Assembly: GCA_002633005.1 (NCBI GenBank)
Contig: NMRA01000005.1
Span: 1,409,635 to 1,473,634, forward strand
DNA: 64,000 bases
Direction: 5' to 3'
From: Phoronis australis
Taxonomy: Eukaryota; Animalia; Phoronida
Shown: one piece after another, positions 51,101 to 64,000 of the stretch
How the letters are laid out: each line of letters opens with the position of its first letter
How positions within the stretch are numbered: position 1 is the first letter of the stretch
Made by a program: the position numbers and the translations under genes
The notes under the pieces: generated by a model
The model's database searches: none
What the model saw: the letters and a program-made list of their open reading frames with translations, nothing else
Told to the model about the DNA's origin: nothing

Positions 51101-54100
51101 CACCTTGAACAGAGAGATTCACTAAAGGAGAAGTATGTTTCTCAAGAACTACACCATTGCAGCAGCAGAGACGAGATCACATCAATGAGATTGAGTATGG
51201 ACTTACATATCACCTCTTGCTCATAACTATGCTAACATTTTATAGGAACTAAATAATTTAATGTTAACATGTCATGGTTGTATTGAAAGATAATTTGTGA
51301 ATGCGAAAACAGAAAATCCTGCAAATATACAATCCTTGAACTAACAATGAACCTCGCCAGTTCACACAGACAGCATCATGCAGTGTTACACTCAAGCAAC
51401 GCGTCATGGCACTTACTGGACACAGGCCGAGGATTTTTAGTGGATCGTTTTCACAACAAAACATTTAGCAACTTTCAAGCCACACGATATTCACATCATT
51501 CCAACATGTCAAATTTTTAACTCGTTTGGAAAAATAAACACCAAAAATAAGTGATTAGCCTGGAACTTTCACTTTAAAGAGAACTGATAAGATTTTCAAA
51601 GCCAATTGATTCAATTTAAATGAACTCTTATCTTTATGCGAAGACATCACAAATTACTATGGGGTATGACATGGCACCTACCACTCTGCAGGGACCTGAC
51701 TTCCATCATAATCCCAACCGACCTTCTCTGAGTACTGCACCCAACGACTGCGACCTAGAAGAAAACATCAGTTACATAAGTGTGTTGTTATCAATCACCG
51801 TGTTACTAGTGTAAGATTGGCAGCAAGTCACGGGTTCGAACCCCGGTCGGGGCAGAGATCTCTTCAGACTCAACTATAGGTCATGTGATGTGACCAACAT
51901 GTGGTGTGTATGAAGACCAATAATCAACACACAATTACATAGTAGATGCATATGCACTTCTGCAATTAGGAAAGGCATTTTCTATTAACTTGTTTGGATT
52001 TTTGTAACCACCAGTGGTGTGCATAGTTAGTAGTAGGTCCTGGGATTGAATCTAGGTCAGGGCTGAGATCTTTTCAGACTCGAACTATAGGTCACCTGAT
52101 GTGATCAACTTATGGCATGTATAAAGACTAATAGTTCTTGGTTATCACGTACATAGTTTTAAATAAAGAAACCCTACATTATCCTCAATGGACTTCGAAG
52201 GGATACTGTGAAGTTAAAGCGGTATTACCCCAATTCTTTCCATTAAGAAAACAATTTTTGATTTAGGGCACTTACAGCTATTCAATTGATTTCAAATTGG
52301 AAGTGATTTCAGGAGTTCAAAAGAACTGACAGTTGTCAAGACCAAGTTGACAAAATTTCAGGTACGACATTACCAATCCCAGAGGTCACTTTTCAATTGA
52401 GTAAAGAACAAGGTAAGATCAATTTTATAATGGTGAGTGACCTAAATCAAAACCTAGTTTTTGACAGAAAGCATGGGAATAACGCTGCTTTAATTAAAGC
52501 CACACGGAACACTAAATATAACGACAGAGGACTAAATTTCACTTTCAGCCCTTCCCACTATTTGGTCAGTTAACATTCACCAATTTATTTTTTTTGGCTT
52601 TGTGATACTGGCTTGGATCGAAATCCTGTTTTATCAGCGGCAGCCATCGCCCTCGTCGCGGATATGAAATGGGACATGACGTCCTTGTTTATCTATTGAT
52701 ATTTCAAAAGGATTGCCTTTTTTCGCAAGGCATTGGTACAGCAGTGGAAATTTGACGGCATTATAATAGCAGGAAAGGCAATAAAATGCTGTTCATACCA
52801 GTAGGTTGAAACCTTCCATCCACATTACATGGGATCTGTAGCTGGCGCTGAACGCCTGTCTAACAAAGACCTGATCGCCGTCTGGCGGGAGAGTGAATTT
52901 CATTATGCCGCAGCTACTTTGAAAATCAGCTATTAGTAATTTTACACAGTCTTATGAATTGTACTGCTCACTTATACTTAGAAAAAAGAAACGCCTGGTA
53001 AGAACTCATGGCAATAGCCACTAACAGGTGTTCCACATTTTGGGAACCAGTTTGTTGCCTGTTATTAAGTTTCTAAAAAAACTGATTCTCAAAATGCAGA
53101 ACTGCTTGTAACTTTAATATTTGAACTTAAATTTGTTCAGTATGACAAAACGCAATAAATTGACCTTCATAGGATAGTATTTGTATTTAATGTCCTGAAA
53201 AGCAGAATAGAGCTACATGAGGATATTTCAAGGTGCATACTTTTTACTACTAGGACATTTTAATGTCAACAATAACAAAATTAATTCTATCTAATAACGC
53301 TGCACTTTGGAAGCACAAATGTTCTTCTGGGTAAATGTTTTGATATCAGAACTGTGGGGTCAGTCAAAGGTCGTATGCCCAGTTGTAGCTGAGGCCTCAA
53401 CAAACACATCTGAAAGCACGTTAACATTAGAACAATTCTGCAGAGCTCAGCAAAACATTGCAACCCAATGTAAAATAAGTTGGAATCTGTCGTCTGTAAT
53501 CAGACATAACAACATCCAACACAAACCGCTTAAACCTACTGGGTGCAGTAAAAAATCCAAAACAGTACCGACCACACAATCTTGACAGCGGGAGTTTTGT
53601 GCGTTCATTAAGAGAGCAGTTACACTTACCCATAAAGTACATTTTATTTTGATAGTACTTGTTTCCATACTTGTCCTCTCCTATGAAATCGCCAACTTTC
53701 AATTCATCCGTTCTGAAAAACAAAACAGAAAGTGAACATGCCTCAACACTGGTCCACTTTCTCAGCAGAAGCAGCCATTTGGCACATGCTATCTGGAATG
53801 GTGCTCGGTGAATACCTTAAGGCCCTCACTCACCTGAGGGGAAAGGTGCTTGTAAATTGTAAAAGGGGAATTTTCGCGGCGTTTTTTACAAAGAAGGGAA
53901 TTTTTATGTCAATCTCTAATTAGAAGGGAGAGGAGGTAGTGTGGCCTAGTGTGACAGGTGCCCGCCTTGTCTACTCAATGTCGTGGGTTCAAGTCTCACT
54001 GGCCCACACTGCTAGACCCTTGAGTCAGGTTTCTAGCTCCTCAGCTCGGTTTTATTTTAACTAATGAAGGACAAAAATAGTTCCATGTGATCAGTGGTTC

Positions 54101-56020
54101 ATTTTCGCACAGGCACAGAACAATGTAGGTGTTAGCAAATATCCATCAGGGAAAATAGCATTGAAAACTAAAGCTCTACTATATACACTACCACTACTAA
54201 TATGTTGAAGTCAAAGTGAGCTTTAACTTTTGAAATGTTTGTATGAAACAGACCCCCACCTCGTGAGTTTAGCAATGTTATTAAGGGACAGACCCCCACC
54301 TTGGGAGTTTAGCAATGTTAGTAAGGAACAGGCCCCCACCTTGTGAGTTTAGCAATGTTTGTAAGGAACAGATCCCCACCCTGCACCCCAGAACCCACTT
54401 TGGTGGCACAGTAACGAAGGGTTTAAGCTAAGCAATGTTTCTAATTTGTCAAAATAGTGCACAGTGTTACACATCCTCAAATTTGACCAATGAGAGCTCT
54501 TCTTGCACCTCAGTGAATAGACAAGAAGAGCAACGCTTAACAGAGCTGACAGCCTGACAGTGTTGTCAACCATAGTGTCAGTCAGTAATCCTGTTGAGCT
54601 AGCTGTTCATACGTGATTTACTTCAGACTTCTTCTGAGAAGGAGTGTACAGCAAGTTCATCAGTGAAAGGACACTTTCGTTTCCTGTATGTTGCTATGTT
54701 CCACCACATGACTGTTCATAATTGTTCTCTTGTAGAACTTATTTTTGTTCCCATATAAGTGTCAAATGAATGGAAGTTGTCTAATAGTTTTGTGTTTTCA
54801 ATACGCAAAAATGAAATAATGAAGAGCTGGCCTGAGGTCAATAACTCTAGGACGTTGCTGAAAAGCAAGACTTCTCGAGATTATGTGAGATATTGCCATG
54901 AGAACACGTGATTTTGGCTAGATTTTAGTGAGGTCCTAGCGTAGATCCTAGCGTTACTGAACTCTATCCTGGTTCTAGCACTTGTGTATGAGGCTCTTGT
55001 TTATTAAGTGAACCAGTTTGCGAATGTGACATTTCCGTAGTACGGCAGCCTCATGATTAAAGTCGTTGGGTTTCAGGTTAACACCATGAAAGGAATTTTT
55101 TATCATTCAGAGAGGAATTTTTTGACCAGATGAGGGGAACTGTGTGTGATTTTTTAATATTTCTAAGAGGGGAATGGGGTTCAATATTCGGCCCCAATAT
55201 TGAGGTATCAATGGCCCTGTACCCGCAGTATCCACAAGCACCCTTAGCTTCTGATCGTCCTTAATACACTATATATAATGAATACCAGTAAAAGGACTGA
55301 CACTCAGGACTAAGAATTACACGTATGCTTCACTTCAGCCGTTCATATAAAATAAGATCTTTAATATACAAATCATAAACAATGGTTCTTGCTCCTGAAA
55401 ACCTTTACAGCGCACTGCCCCAGCGCAAACAAAACACATCGCAACATCATTTTTTCGCGTAAAGTCACGATGTCGATAATGCCGTCCATCCGTAATTCAT
55501 CGGTAATTTCTGTACCGTCCTTGACCTCGAGCTGTCCAAAATGAAAGTGTGTTTGGGCTTTTTGTGAACATTTTTGTTCTTTGACTGCGAATTTCTTATG
55601 AAGTTTGAGTTTTATGTTAGATATGGAGGGATAAAGTGAAGCACCCGTGGAATTTCTAGTCGGGATGAAGGTATGGGAAAATCAACGCCACAGATGAACT
55701 TCTATACGCCTAGTGAACACGTGGATACTAAAATCATGATTGTAGATTAAAAAGTAAAGAAGTTATGGTGGTTGAAAGTGGGACCGCTACGTCCGCCTAG
55801 TGCCAGGACGCCTGTACTCTAAGCTAAGCCTATAGGAATGTTCTGATGATGGAACTATGTACTCAGACAAGAGTTAAAATCAATATGAAACAAATGAAAA
55901 AGAATGGTGCATCTACCTGAACAGTTGCAAGAAGCTTCCAGTAATTCCTCCATTCTGTTTTATGGCTTGGCGAAATGTAGAAATCTTCGAAGCCAAACTG
56001 TACGTCCCCTTGGACGCCAT
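45180..56020 (-). CDS. NDUFA12: NADH dehydrogenase [ubiquinone] 1 alpha subcomplex subunit 12 (B17.2), 4 exons, 142 aa
   Basis: Exons 56020-55917, 53712-53630, 51754-51682 and 45348-45180 give MASKGTYSLASKISTFRQAIKQNGGITGSFLQLFRTDELKVGDFIGEDKYGNKYYQNKMYFMGRSRWVQYSEKVGWDYDGSQVPAEWHRWLHYITDDPPTK...[27 protein letters not shown]. Splice phases are consistent. Confidence 0.95.
46334..46651. repeat. About 69-bp imperfect minisatellite, 4 copies, in NDUFA12 intron 3
   Basis: Recurring GGTACTCCACTGACT...TGAAAGGGTTTGGCC...TCCTTGAGGA...TGTGTAA. Confidence 0.85.
47785..48120 (-). mobile_element. Terminal fragment of the Kolobok-like family seen at 13758-15512
   Basis: TTAA|AGGAGAATGCCACCCGATTTAATTAGTC..., the reverse complement of about 15185-15512. 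Confidence 0.75.
49400..50461 (-). mobile_element. Frameshifted DDD transposase relic (Sola2-like) in NDUFA12 intron 3
   Basis: Fragments QMDFVENY, EEIQSSYWN..VTLHPTV, HFWTDSPTSQYRNK and WHYFEAGHGKGPCVGLGGSSKRLAD. The GHGKGPC(D)GxGG motif has D replaced by V. The superfamily call comes from remembered motifs. Confidence 0.7.
51795..52135 (+). mobile_element. Two tandem tRNA-derived SINE-like fragments
   Basis: B-box GGGTTCGAACCCC followed by GAGATCTCTTCAGACTC..ACTATAGGTCA..TGATGTGA. The unit is repeated, diverged, about 215 bp later. Confidence 0.55.
53932..54030 (+). mobile_element. tRNA-derived SINE head
   Basis: A-box GTGGCCTAGTG and B-box GGGTTCAAGTCTC, followed by CCCTTGAG. No complete cloverleaf. 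Confidence 0.5.
54246..54382. repeat. 40-bp minisatellite, about 3.5 copies
   Basis: Unit ACAGACCCCCACCTxGTGAGTTTAGCAATGTTxxTAAGGx. Confidence 0.88.
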
Positions 56021-56895
56021 TTTAGAAGCTTTCTCAAGTTGCCGCCAGGAGAACTTTCGTACCTAGCGCTACCTGTGCGTTGGCAACGGAACCAAAGATA
56101 CTATCTATAAAATCTTTGACGGAACTGAGGAGGAAAAATTGGCGGGCGTTTTCAGGAAAAATGCCCGGCATCCGGTCGTGGCAATTTTTGCCGGGATTTC
56201 TGGGGGTGAAGCGCCTTACGCGCTTTTTCGAAAACAGCTCTTTCTTTCAGTCATCCTTTGTTCGCAAAAGTGGCCTTGGTTCATATTTGGGAAGCGGGTG
56301 CTAAGTTTTGGAACCTTAATTCGGTCATTGTCGGATCGGCCGCGCCCCGGGCTGCCAGAAAGTTAAGTTATAACATATTTGAACATAAACCAATAGCATT
56401 TCTGAATTCCTTGTCAAATGCTGATCATATTTAGTATTTGAATCACCAAAATATCGCCCAACTACAAACAGAATGAGTTAAGACAATTCTGCGAGGTTTC
56501 AGTAACCCTTTAGAATTAAGCCTGGGAGATAATTGGCTTGCTTGTATACAGGACAAAAGACTGTGCTGGGCAGTTAACAAAGGAGCCAGATGTTATCGCA
56601 CGCTCAGATGCCCCTCACGTCTGGAAAAGTTGCTGAACGACAGATGAGCCGTCTTGCGCTAATGTCGAGACTCAGACTCAGTCTCCGAGTCATGGTGTGA
56701 CCTTAATACATGCATATGTAACCTTAGCGAGATACCGAAAGTTGATCATAAAAAGCTTGTTAAATTGACGTCATCACTTAATATTTATTGCTGATGAGGA
56801 TATATGTTGTCTGTCACTTTATTGTCGCAGATTTGACGACGATGTATTCCCACGAACTTCCGGCATTCCGCCCGGCCACCATTTCAAAACCGGAG

Positions 56896-57098
56896 TATAA
56901 AATAGTAAAACTAGTAAAACTAAGCGTCGGTACTAAAATATATTACAGCACACCCTTGAGAAAGAGCACAGTCGGTACTAAAATATATTACAGAACACCC
57001 TTGAGAAAGAGCACATCGCTCGATACGTAGGGATATTTTAATATATTTTAGTACCGACGCTCTTCATTTTAGTTTTACTAGTTTTACTATTTTATATA
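56896..57098. repeat. Short foldback element with an internal 40-bp duplication
   Basis: ATAAAATAGTAAAACTAGTAAAACTAA..GCGTCGGTACTAAAATATATTA is inverted against TAATATATTTTAGTACCGACGC...TTAGTTTTACTAGTTTTACTATTTTAT. Confidence 0.75.
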
Positions 57099-59959
57099 CT
57101 GCAGAAAAGCTGAAAAAGGTGCCACGTAGGCACAGTAGAATCTTTCGGATATTTTTATAGATGCTGAGCTATAAGATATATCCGGCAGGCAGGCTGAGGT
57201 GACTCAGTGCCGTGAAAATGCCGTTAGCAGAGACGGCATGGCCACTGACCCGGCGAAAGTTCATACCGTTTGCCAATTTCCGTATGCTGTTTTCGTGTAA
57301 ATTACGATAAAAAAAATAAAGATTCACTTAGTTATACACTGAACAAATTTCCCGCCAAATCCGGCCCACGTCCGAATTTTTCCAAAAAAAAAAACAGAAT
57401 AAATACACAAAACGTACCTAGAGTGGCGTACCTGCAAGTATTATCCCACGAGACATCATTACGCGTATCGACCGACTAGACCGATCGGTGGAGGTCGATA
57501 CGCGGAATAATGTCGAACGAGATATTACTTCATGTACGCCACTCGAGGTACGTTTTGTATTCCCATACGCATCGAAATCGTGAGTTTCTTTTGTTTTCTT
57601 TAGGCATTTTATAAATACTTCACCCAGACTCTTTACGTGACGAATCACAACCTGTTGTGTATGTACGTGCGCGTTATGTTGCTAACTTACTATAGTAAAA
57701 GAAAACAGTTTTAAATGTAACGGTTTATTACTTGAAATTGATAAAAAGTGTGAAAACGACAGTTATTGTGCATTGAAATTGTATCATATTTCGACAATAA
57801 ATAAATAACAAGAATATTTATAACATTTAATTGTAAAATCCTCATCGGGTAGCTGCACTCATTCATAAAACTAGGTCATTGATCGGAGTGCGAAGCCTAC
57901 ACGTCGTCTGTCCGACGGTTTTCACGAAGAGTGTTAAAACATGGGCGGCGCACATGTAAGAGTGCCACCGTGACAGCTCCGGCGAATATGCCTTGTTGCA
58001 GGTACGTTGTCGCATTTCTGCGGATTCCCAGTGTAACATCGATACTCGGAATGTCGAGTGGGATATTACTTCATGTACTCCAACCGAGGCTATACGGTAC
58101 CAAGTGCGCGTTCTGGACAGGTAACTAGAAGTAGGCATAGTACACTCCTTAGAACCAGAAAGATTTCATGATATACACGCTCAGAGGAAGCTGCGCGCAT
58201 GATCCCAGTTCCACATACGTACCACGAGTGGAGTTAATTGAACGTGGTCGTATCAAAGAGTGATTGTCAAAAACTTAACTTGTGCTGGAGTGCGTTTTGC
58301 ACATCAAATTTCAACAAAGAAAAGTGAGACCACCGAGTGTTTAGCGAATATGCTAGAGACCTTACTAGCGTAACTTAGCAAAGTGAAGTGATTGGTTGGA
58401 GAATTATGGAATTCCTCGTCGCGCGAGATGAAAATCTTTTTCAGTAGGGCGATTCCAGACAAGCCATAGGTTGCGTATCCAGGCTCTGCAACAGGAATCG
58501 GTGGACCGACCAGCACCGATCTACTTATTTTCTTTTTCGGCTGTTGTATCAGTATAACTCTGCAGCGTTGTATTCATTTTCATATCTTCGTTCGTATCGC
58601 AAGCGAAAGAACGGTGGTGATGTAGTGAAAAGAAATTAACGACAGGGATACAGAAGACGCAGGACGGTTTATTCAACAACGTATAAAAACTACGAACTTA
58701 CAACACACCCAAGGTTTCTGTCGTCGTCATCCACTGTATTGAAAAGGACACCAATCCGAACGACCTTCCCTAAGTTTGGCTATTCAAAAGTTGTGGCAAC
58801 CGGCGGCGGCGGGGCACTCTATGTAAAGTTGAGAGAATTGGAGCTTAGGACCCCACATGAAATAGGAGCCTCTTATCCTCACTGGTACTCCTAACAAGTG
58901 TGGAGGTGACCAAGCGGAGCAAAACTGTGGCCCCGTTGGCATTGTGGCGACCAAGGGGNGGGGGGGGGGGGAGTTCGAAAGGAGGAGAATTTTAAGTCAT
59001 GACTAGGTCCTCCAGACGTTTTATAGCTTGAGGGCCCCGAGAAACCTTAATCGAGTACTGGGCTTCGGTTGCAGCGTTTTAAGTTTCTACAATAACAAAC
59101 GAGCCCGCAAACATAGCTCGCATTCATTCAGATGGCACTCGACATAAGTTTTTGAATCTAGTGTCTAAAATCAGCCTACCCTTAAAGGAGCATTGTCTTC
59201 TCATATGCAGCCTAAACACTAAAACACTATACCAATTTACTAAGACGTACACAAATATATAAAACTATACATAACTCAGCCCGGAAACCGCAGTTAGCAT
59301 TATATCCGGGCTTTAAGTAATGAGCTCACAATATTGAACTGTTATTATTATATACAACAAAAAGAGAAGAGAGAGAAGTGACATTGACTTACAATACATC
59401 AATACAACAACAGACTATGATGAACAAATGATGCGACAAATTTAAGCAGAAAAAATTGGTTTCAACACTGAAACTACTTGAACGATTAATGAGGATATTG
59501 GCTTTGTCAAGCAAACTATTCATTAAGTGTAGAGAACACATTAGAATTACTTTCGATGACCTAGAAAAGTCCCTGTCGTTGTTGAAAATTAATTGGACAG
59601 TCCAACTATACTAAAAATCCTTCTTGCCATTGGGATCATAAAAATAGTGAGGTCATTTGCACTGATAAAACGCGATCTACTGCTGGAGGGATTTTTGGCA
59701 CGATACTACTTGTTCAAGCGCTGAGCGACCACTTCAAGGACAGAAACGTATTTCTGTCACGGCATGAAAAAGATTCGTGAGTGACAGAGTAACCTAGTAG
59801 AATAAAAATGTTACAGTTCTAGTTATCTTTGTTTCTTTTAAAGTAATTTCATAATTCAACAGGATGAAATTACCAGAAAGACATCTCCATGAGAATAAGG
59901 CGTCCTGACATTATGTGATATTTATATAACTATTCTAAATTCGAAAAAAATATAATTAC

Positions 59960-60289
59960 CAGGGGCAGATCCAGGATTTTGAGTTAGGGGGTGCCAGGGC
60001 ACTGGAAATAACCATAATTTCGTCACATACGCGCGCCCAGCCTAAAATGTATGGATGCAGGAGTCTTGGATTTTTGTGTTTGTGGACATTATTACTAAAA
60101 AAAAAAAACGGTAAACGGGGTTTGTTCAAGGCCTATGCAGGCCTATGCATTGTGCATTCGCCCCCCGGACCTCTTGGGTGAGCGCATATGCTACTCAGCA
60201 ATTCACACCCGAACTCTCAAATGGTATCTGGGAGAATTTAAGGGGGGGGGGCATAGCCCCCTTGCCCCGCCCCCTAAATCCGCCACTGA
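59960..60289 (+). mobile_element. MITE with CAGGGGCAGAT / ATCCGCCACTG termini
   Basis: Imperfect TIRs (CAGGGGCAGATCCAGG versus CCTAAATCCGCCACTG) and a second partial copy at 43430-43673. Confidence 0.65.
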
Positions 60290-60988
60290 TTACTCACTAA
60301 GAGCACACAAAACTAACATTGCCAGCAACTAAACACATGCTTTGTAGTGACACTTGGCTCCAAATTTCGTCGCAAAGATGTACAGTCACATCAATTGTGC
60401 ACATGTTAATGACAGCACGCTTTGGACTGCCTGAGATTCCTATTGATACATAAGCTTGGTCTAACATTGTAGTGAACCCTGTTGGACATGAGATTAAGTA
60501 TATCTCTTCTCCCTCTAAGCGCTGTATAACCTACTAAAAGCGACACTGATCAAAGTGAATAAAAACGCTCGAGATGAAGCGTCAAACTGGTTGTGTATAG
60601 GTTATTTCTCAATCCAACTAGTGACTCTCACTCAGTTTCTGTGGTACATCGCTCCAGACGACAAACTGAAAACAAATAAAAATGACGTTACTTCGTGTAA
60701 GCGTTAATGTCGTGTTTAGATGACTAAAAGAAGGACTATTCACTCAAGCGGGGGTATATGGTGCACAAGATAACTTCTGGAAAATAACTTGTTAATATTC
60801 CTCAAAAAACGAGAGGAGCCAACTGGTCGCTTCCACGAGGGTCTAGCTCTGGCAACTATCTGCTTCCTGCGAAGGCGAACTCTGTTGTCCTTCCAAACAA
60901 CGCTAGCTTATACCCTGAACTACAACTAAGATAAGTTAAAATATGCCACAGTCTTTAAGGAAAGGTTCTCGTCTTTCATCCACAAAGC

Positions 60989-61400
60989 CTATATGACACC
61001 CTTCTCAATCCGAGGTTTGCTTTCTGCCAAACCGGCACTCTCGCGTCTACTGCTACAAATGAGCGCCATGTTTGCTCGCAACCCGGGAACTCTGCCTGCT
61101 GTAATTCTTCCGTCCGGACCCTCAATGCGCAAGCATGAAAGTTCCTGCAACCTCTCCGCGGTATTTCTCCCGACGTTGCGGAGCCGCGCTTGGTTCACCT
61201 GTCCTGCGAAATCTGTGTCCCCCTCCGCCTGCCGGTGTTCCTGTACAACAACTCAAATGTCCGGATACGAGAGGTACTCACTTAAATCTAACACGGCAGT
61301 GTTTTTCTTTAATAAAGAAGGAGGAAGGTTTCAGGCTTTCAGCCACACACACCACTGTCTTCGCTGAGTGAGTCAAAGCCAGGAATACCGCACTGAAGAC
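60989..61400 (-). pseudogene. Possible degenerate PIF1/RecD-like (SF1B) helicase fragment
   Basis: Minus strand gives ...VVCVAES (frameshift) NLPPSLLK...*VVVQEHRQAEGDTDFAGQVNQARLRNV. This resembles PIF1 motifs III (GDxxQLPP) and IV (RQxxDxxFxxxLNxxR). Contains stops. Confidence 0.35.
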
Positions 61401-62682
61401 GCCGTTGTCTTACAGTCCAATGCCCCAGAGTTGTTGCCTAAGAACACTAGCTACGCAATTTTCGCAACTATCAGTCAATTGTCAATCTCCAGTAAATGAA
61501 GCCAGGTGACCCCTCAACTTCGTGTGAAATAATGAGTGAGTTTCCAGATTTTCTTGAATAATAATTTGCGCATGAAGTTGACATGGACAAAGATACTATA
61601 GTTATCTTCGACCTGAATGAATAATAACGGCCATCAACTGACGTCTTGTCCCGACACTCGCCAATAAAAGTGGCAAACCTCACTACTGACATGGACACTG
61701 ACGGTGTGGCTGAAACTTCGCAAGGACAGGAAAAACATTCAAATACGCTTACAAAAGGTTTGATTTATATTTTTACACCAATAAAGCTATGTGTGCCTGA
61801 CACAAAAAATGAACATAGTTTCCCAATCTGTTGCTAGGAACGAGCGTTTGATCAGGGTGCCGAGTCGATCACTCAAATATCAGTAAGGACGTTCGTGCGT
61901 TCGTGATAAGTATGGACGTTACTGAACTAGAATTACTTTCGCACCGGATTGTATGTGGACACGGAATAAAGTGGAATATTCCTAGTATAACATTAAACTG
62001 AAATCAAAACAGTGTTAAATGTTTCTTTTGAGCTTCATAGTAAAAAACATTAATGCACTTTACTGCAGAGGCCAAACCTTCAATGGACGTCCTAGGTATA
62101 AAGTTATCGGACTTGAAAGTTTTTATTATTACTGATACTGATTACAAAAAATCCCCAAAGCCGGTATGTCATTTCATCCTTTAACAATAATCGAGGAAAA
62201 TTAATCGAATGTCCTGAGAAAAATCTGAATTATTGCCACCCAAATGCCAATAACTTTACCGTATAACCCGCAATTAGGCGCATGCGGGACCGCGACTAAC
62301 TGCAAGACCGCGCCTAATTGCGGTACTTAGGCGTATGCACCTATATGCGGGACATTTGAGTAGAACTTGTGTTGATTATGGTGCTCCAGATATAGGCGCA
62401 CCTTCAATGTTTAAAAAACACTCCTTGTTTGCACGTGGATTATAATGCAAATTCTTTCTAATAACATACTGCCCTAGAGCCTGTAAGAACTGGTCGAAGA
62501 AGAAGAGCCTCCTACGCTGAAGTCGCCGAGTGGGTTCATGAATAGTGGTAAAATATACACGAAAATACTATCAAGCGAGCCTTTGTTGCGTGCAGAAGCT
62601 TCCATTGTAAGAGCGTGAACGGCGTCATGCTCGACTCGATGACGTGCTCGGAGAAGACAGCCGTATAACCTCAATGATGGCC

Positions 62683-62741
62683 AAGTGATCGACTTGGACT
62701 CGGATTAGTAGTCTACTAATCCGAGTCCACGTCGATCACTT
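62683..62741. repeat. 59-bp near-perfect palindrome
   Basis: AAGTGATCGACTTGGACTCGGATTAGTAG-T-CTACTAATCCGAGTCCACGTCGATCACTT: 29-bp arms, one mismatch, 1-nt spacer. Confidence 0.9.
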
Positions 62742-62835
62742 CGTCTTCGGCGCAGACAGCGAGTCAGACACAATAGATTCGGATAAGACGTGAAGGCCAA
62801 TGTCACGGTATTAGACAGTAAGGTTGAACAAACAG

Positions 62836-63093
62836 GGGCCCGTTCCAAGAAACTGACTTAAGTTCATTTTTGACTTAAGTCTAAGATTTGTCTCAAATTC
62901 AAAATTTTGAAACTTCTACATCTGATAAGAGTCAAAATTTAGACAAAACTGAAGTCAAAAACTTACGTCGAACATAAGATCTCTTTTTTTGAAATGATCT
63001 TGAGACAGATTTTTAAATCTTAAAAGTCTTATCTTAAAATTGACTGAAAGTTGAGATCTGTCTAAGCTAAGTCAGTTTTTTTAGAACGGGGCC
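62836..63093. mobile_element. Harbinger-type MITE
   Basis: TIRs GGGCCCGTTCCAAGAAACTGACTTA and TAAGTCAGTTTTTTTAGAACGGGGCC, with CAG on both flanks. Confidence 0.6.
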
Positions 63094-64000
63094 CAGGATT
63101 CGATTGCAATTAAAACGTTGAAGCAGTTAAATACATTTTTTAAATGAGGAGATGAACCAAGTGTTATTTTATACGTTAGTCGTTCTTGAAAAAAGCTTGT
63201 GATTAGTTTTAAAACTGTGGATTTTAAAAATTAAACCTCCCTGTACTCACCCAAACGCTTTGTGAAATAAAATGCAATTAGTGTATTTTTAAAATCATTC
63301 AAGGTGCGCCTATAACCGGAGCACTGACTGTGCCTAAGTGCGGAACTAAGGCGCATGCGGGACATTTGAGTACAAATTTGCAAAAAAACGCAGTGATCTG
63401 CATGTAGGCGCATGCGCCTAATGGTGGGGCTATACATTGTATTGAACTCCATCGAGCGGATGACGACTGAATAGGACTCGAAAGGTAGGATCGGTTCGTT
63501 GGAGAGCTGGACGTGAAAAGAAATAGCGAAGTTGCCAAGACATTATTCGATAAATCCAATATTGAAAACAGTGGGTTGCTATCGATCGTCGAAGTCATCA
63601 ATAATATATGCCAACACTGGAGTGTTCATTAGAAAGGTAGTTGCCCCCCCCTCTTCAGTTACAACGTCTTAGATCCGCTAATGGATATACCGCGAGTTGT
63701 GAGCTTTTAAGCAGGAAAACAGGCACCACTGCCGTGTTACAAATCAGTTTGTACGAATCTGCAAAAACTTTTAAAAGTGAGCACTTAATTTAAATAAATA
63801 AGAGAGAGAGAGAAGGGACAATAGGCAAACCGTGGAATGACGGAGGAAGAGGTTACCAGTACATTTGGCTGCGAGTGGTACATTTAAAAATGAACTGTTA
63901 CAAATGCACAGATGTCTTGAGTGACCTTTTTACGAAAAGCGGGATACCTCATAATGCGCTAAGGATTGTGGGATTGCGGTCATACCAACAGCACAGTCAG

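Noticed and set aside
51795-54030. tRNA genes at about 51800 and 53935
   Set aside because: A/B-box-like motifs are present, but no complete acceptor and anticodon stems could be folded. They fit SINE heads better.

Overview
Eukaryotic (animal, probably marine invertebrate) genomic DNA: AT-rich, with GT-AG introns and one assembly gap (4848-5106). Five spliced protein-coding genes were rebuilt by hand, with splice phases checked. They are the 3' part of TRABD (+, 675-7899), two tandem paralogous gustatory-receptor-like (7tm_7/GRL) genes (-, 12888-19019 and 29278-32744), a five-exon thermolysin/pseudolysin-family (M4) zinc metalloprotease gene with a long 55-aa-repeat Pro/Ser/Asn/Asp tail (+, 34074-40988), and NDUFA12 (-, 45180-56020). 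Introns and intergenic DNA hold many transposon relics: TTAA-flanked THAP-bearing Kolobok-like elements, Harbinger-type MITEs, a Sola2-like transposase relic, LINE 3' ends, tRNA-derived SINE heads, a possible PIF1-like helicase relic and several mini/microsatellites. The most striking element is the bacterial-type M4 protease, which has acquired spliceosomal introns, active-site substitutions and a repeat tail. No prokaryotic operons or CRISPR arrays were seen. Family assignments rest on motifs recognised by eye; no database searches were run.
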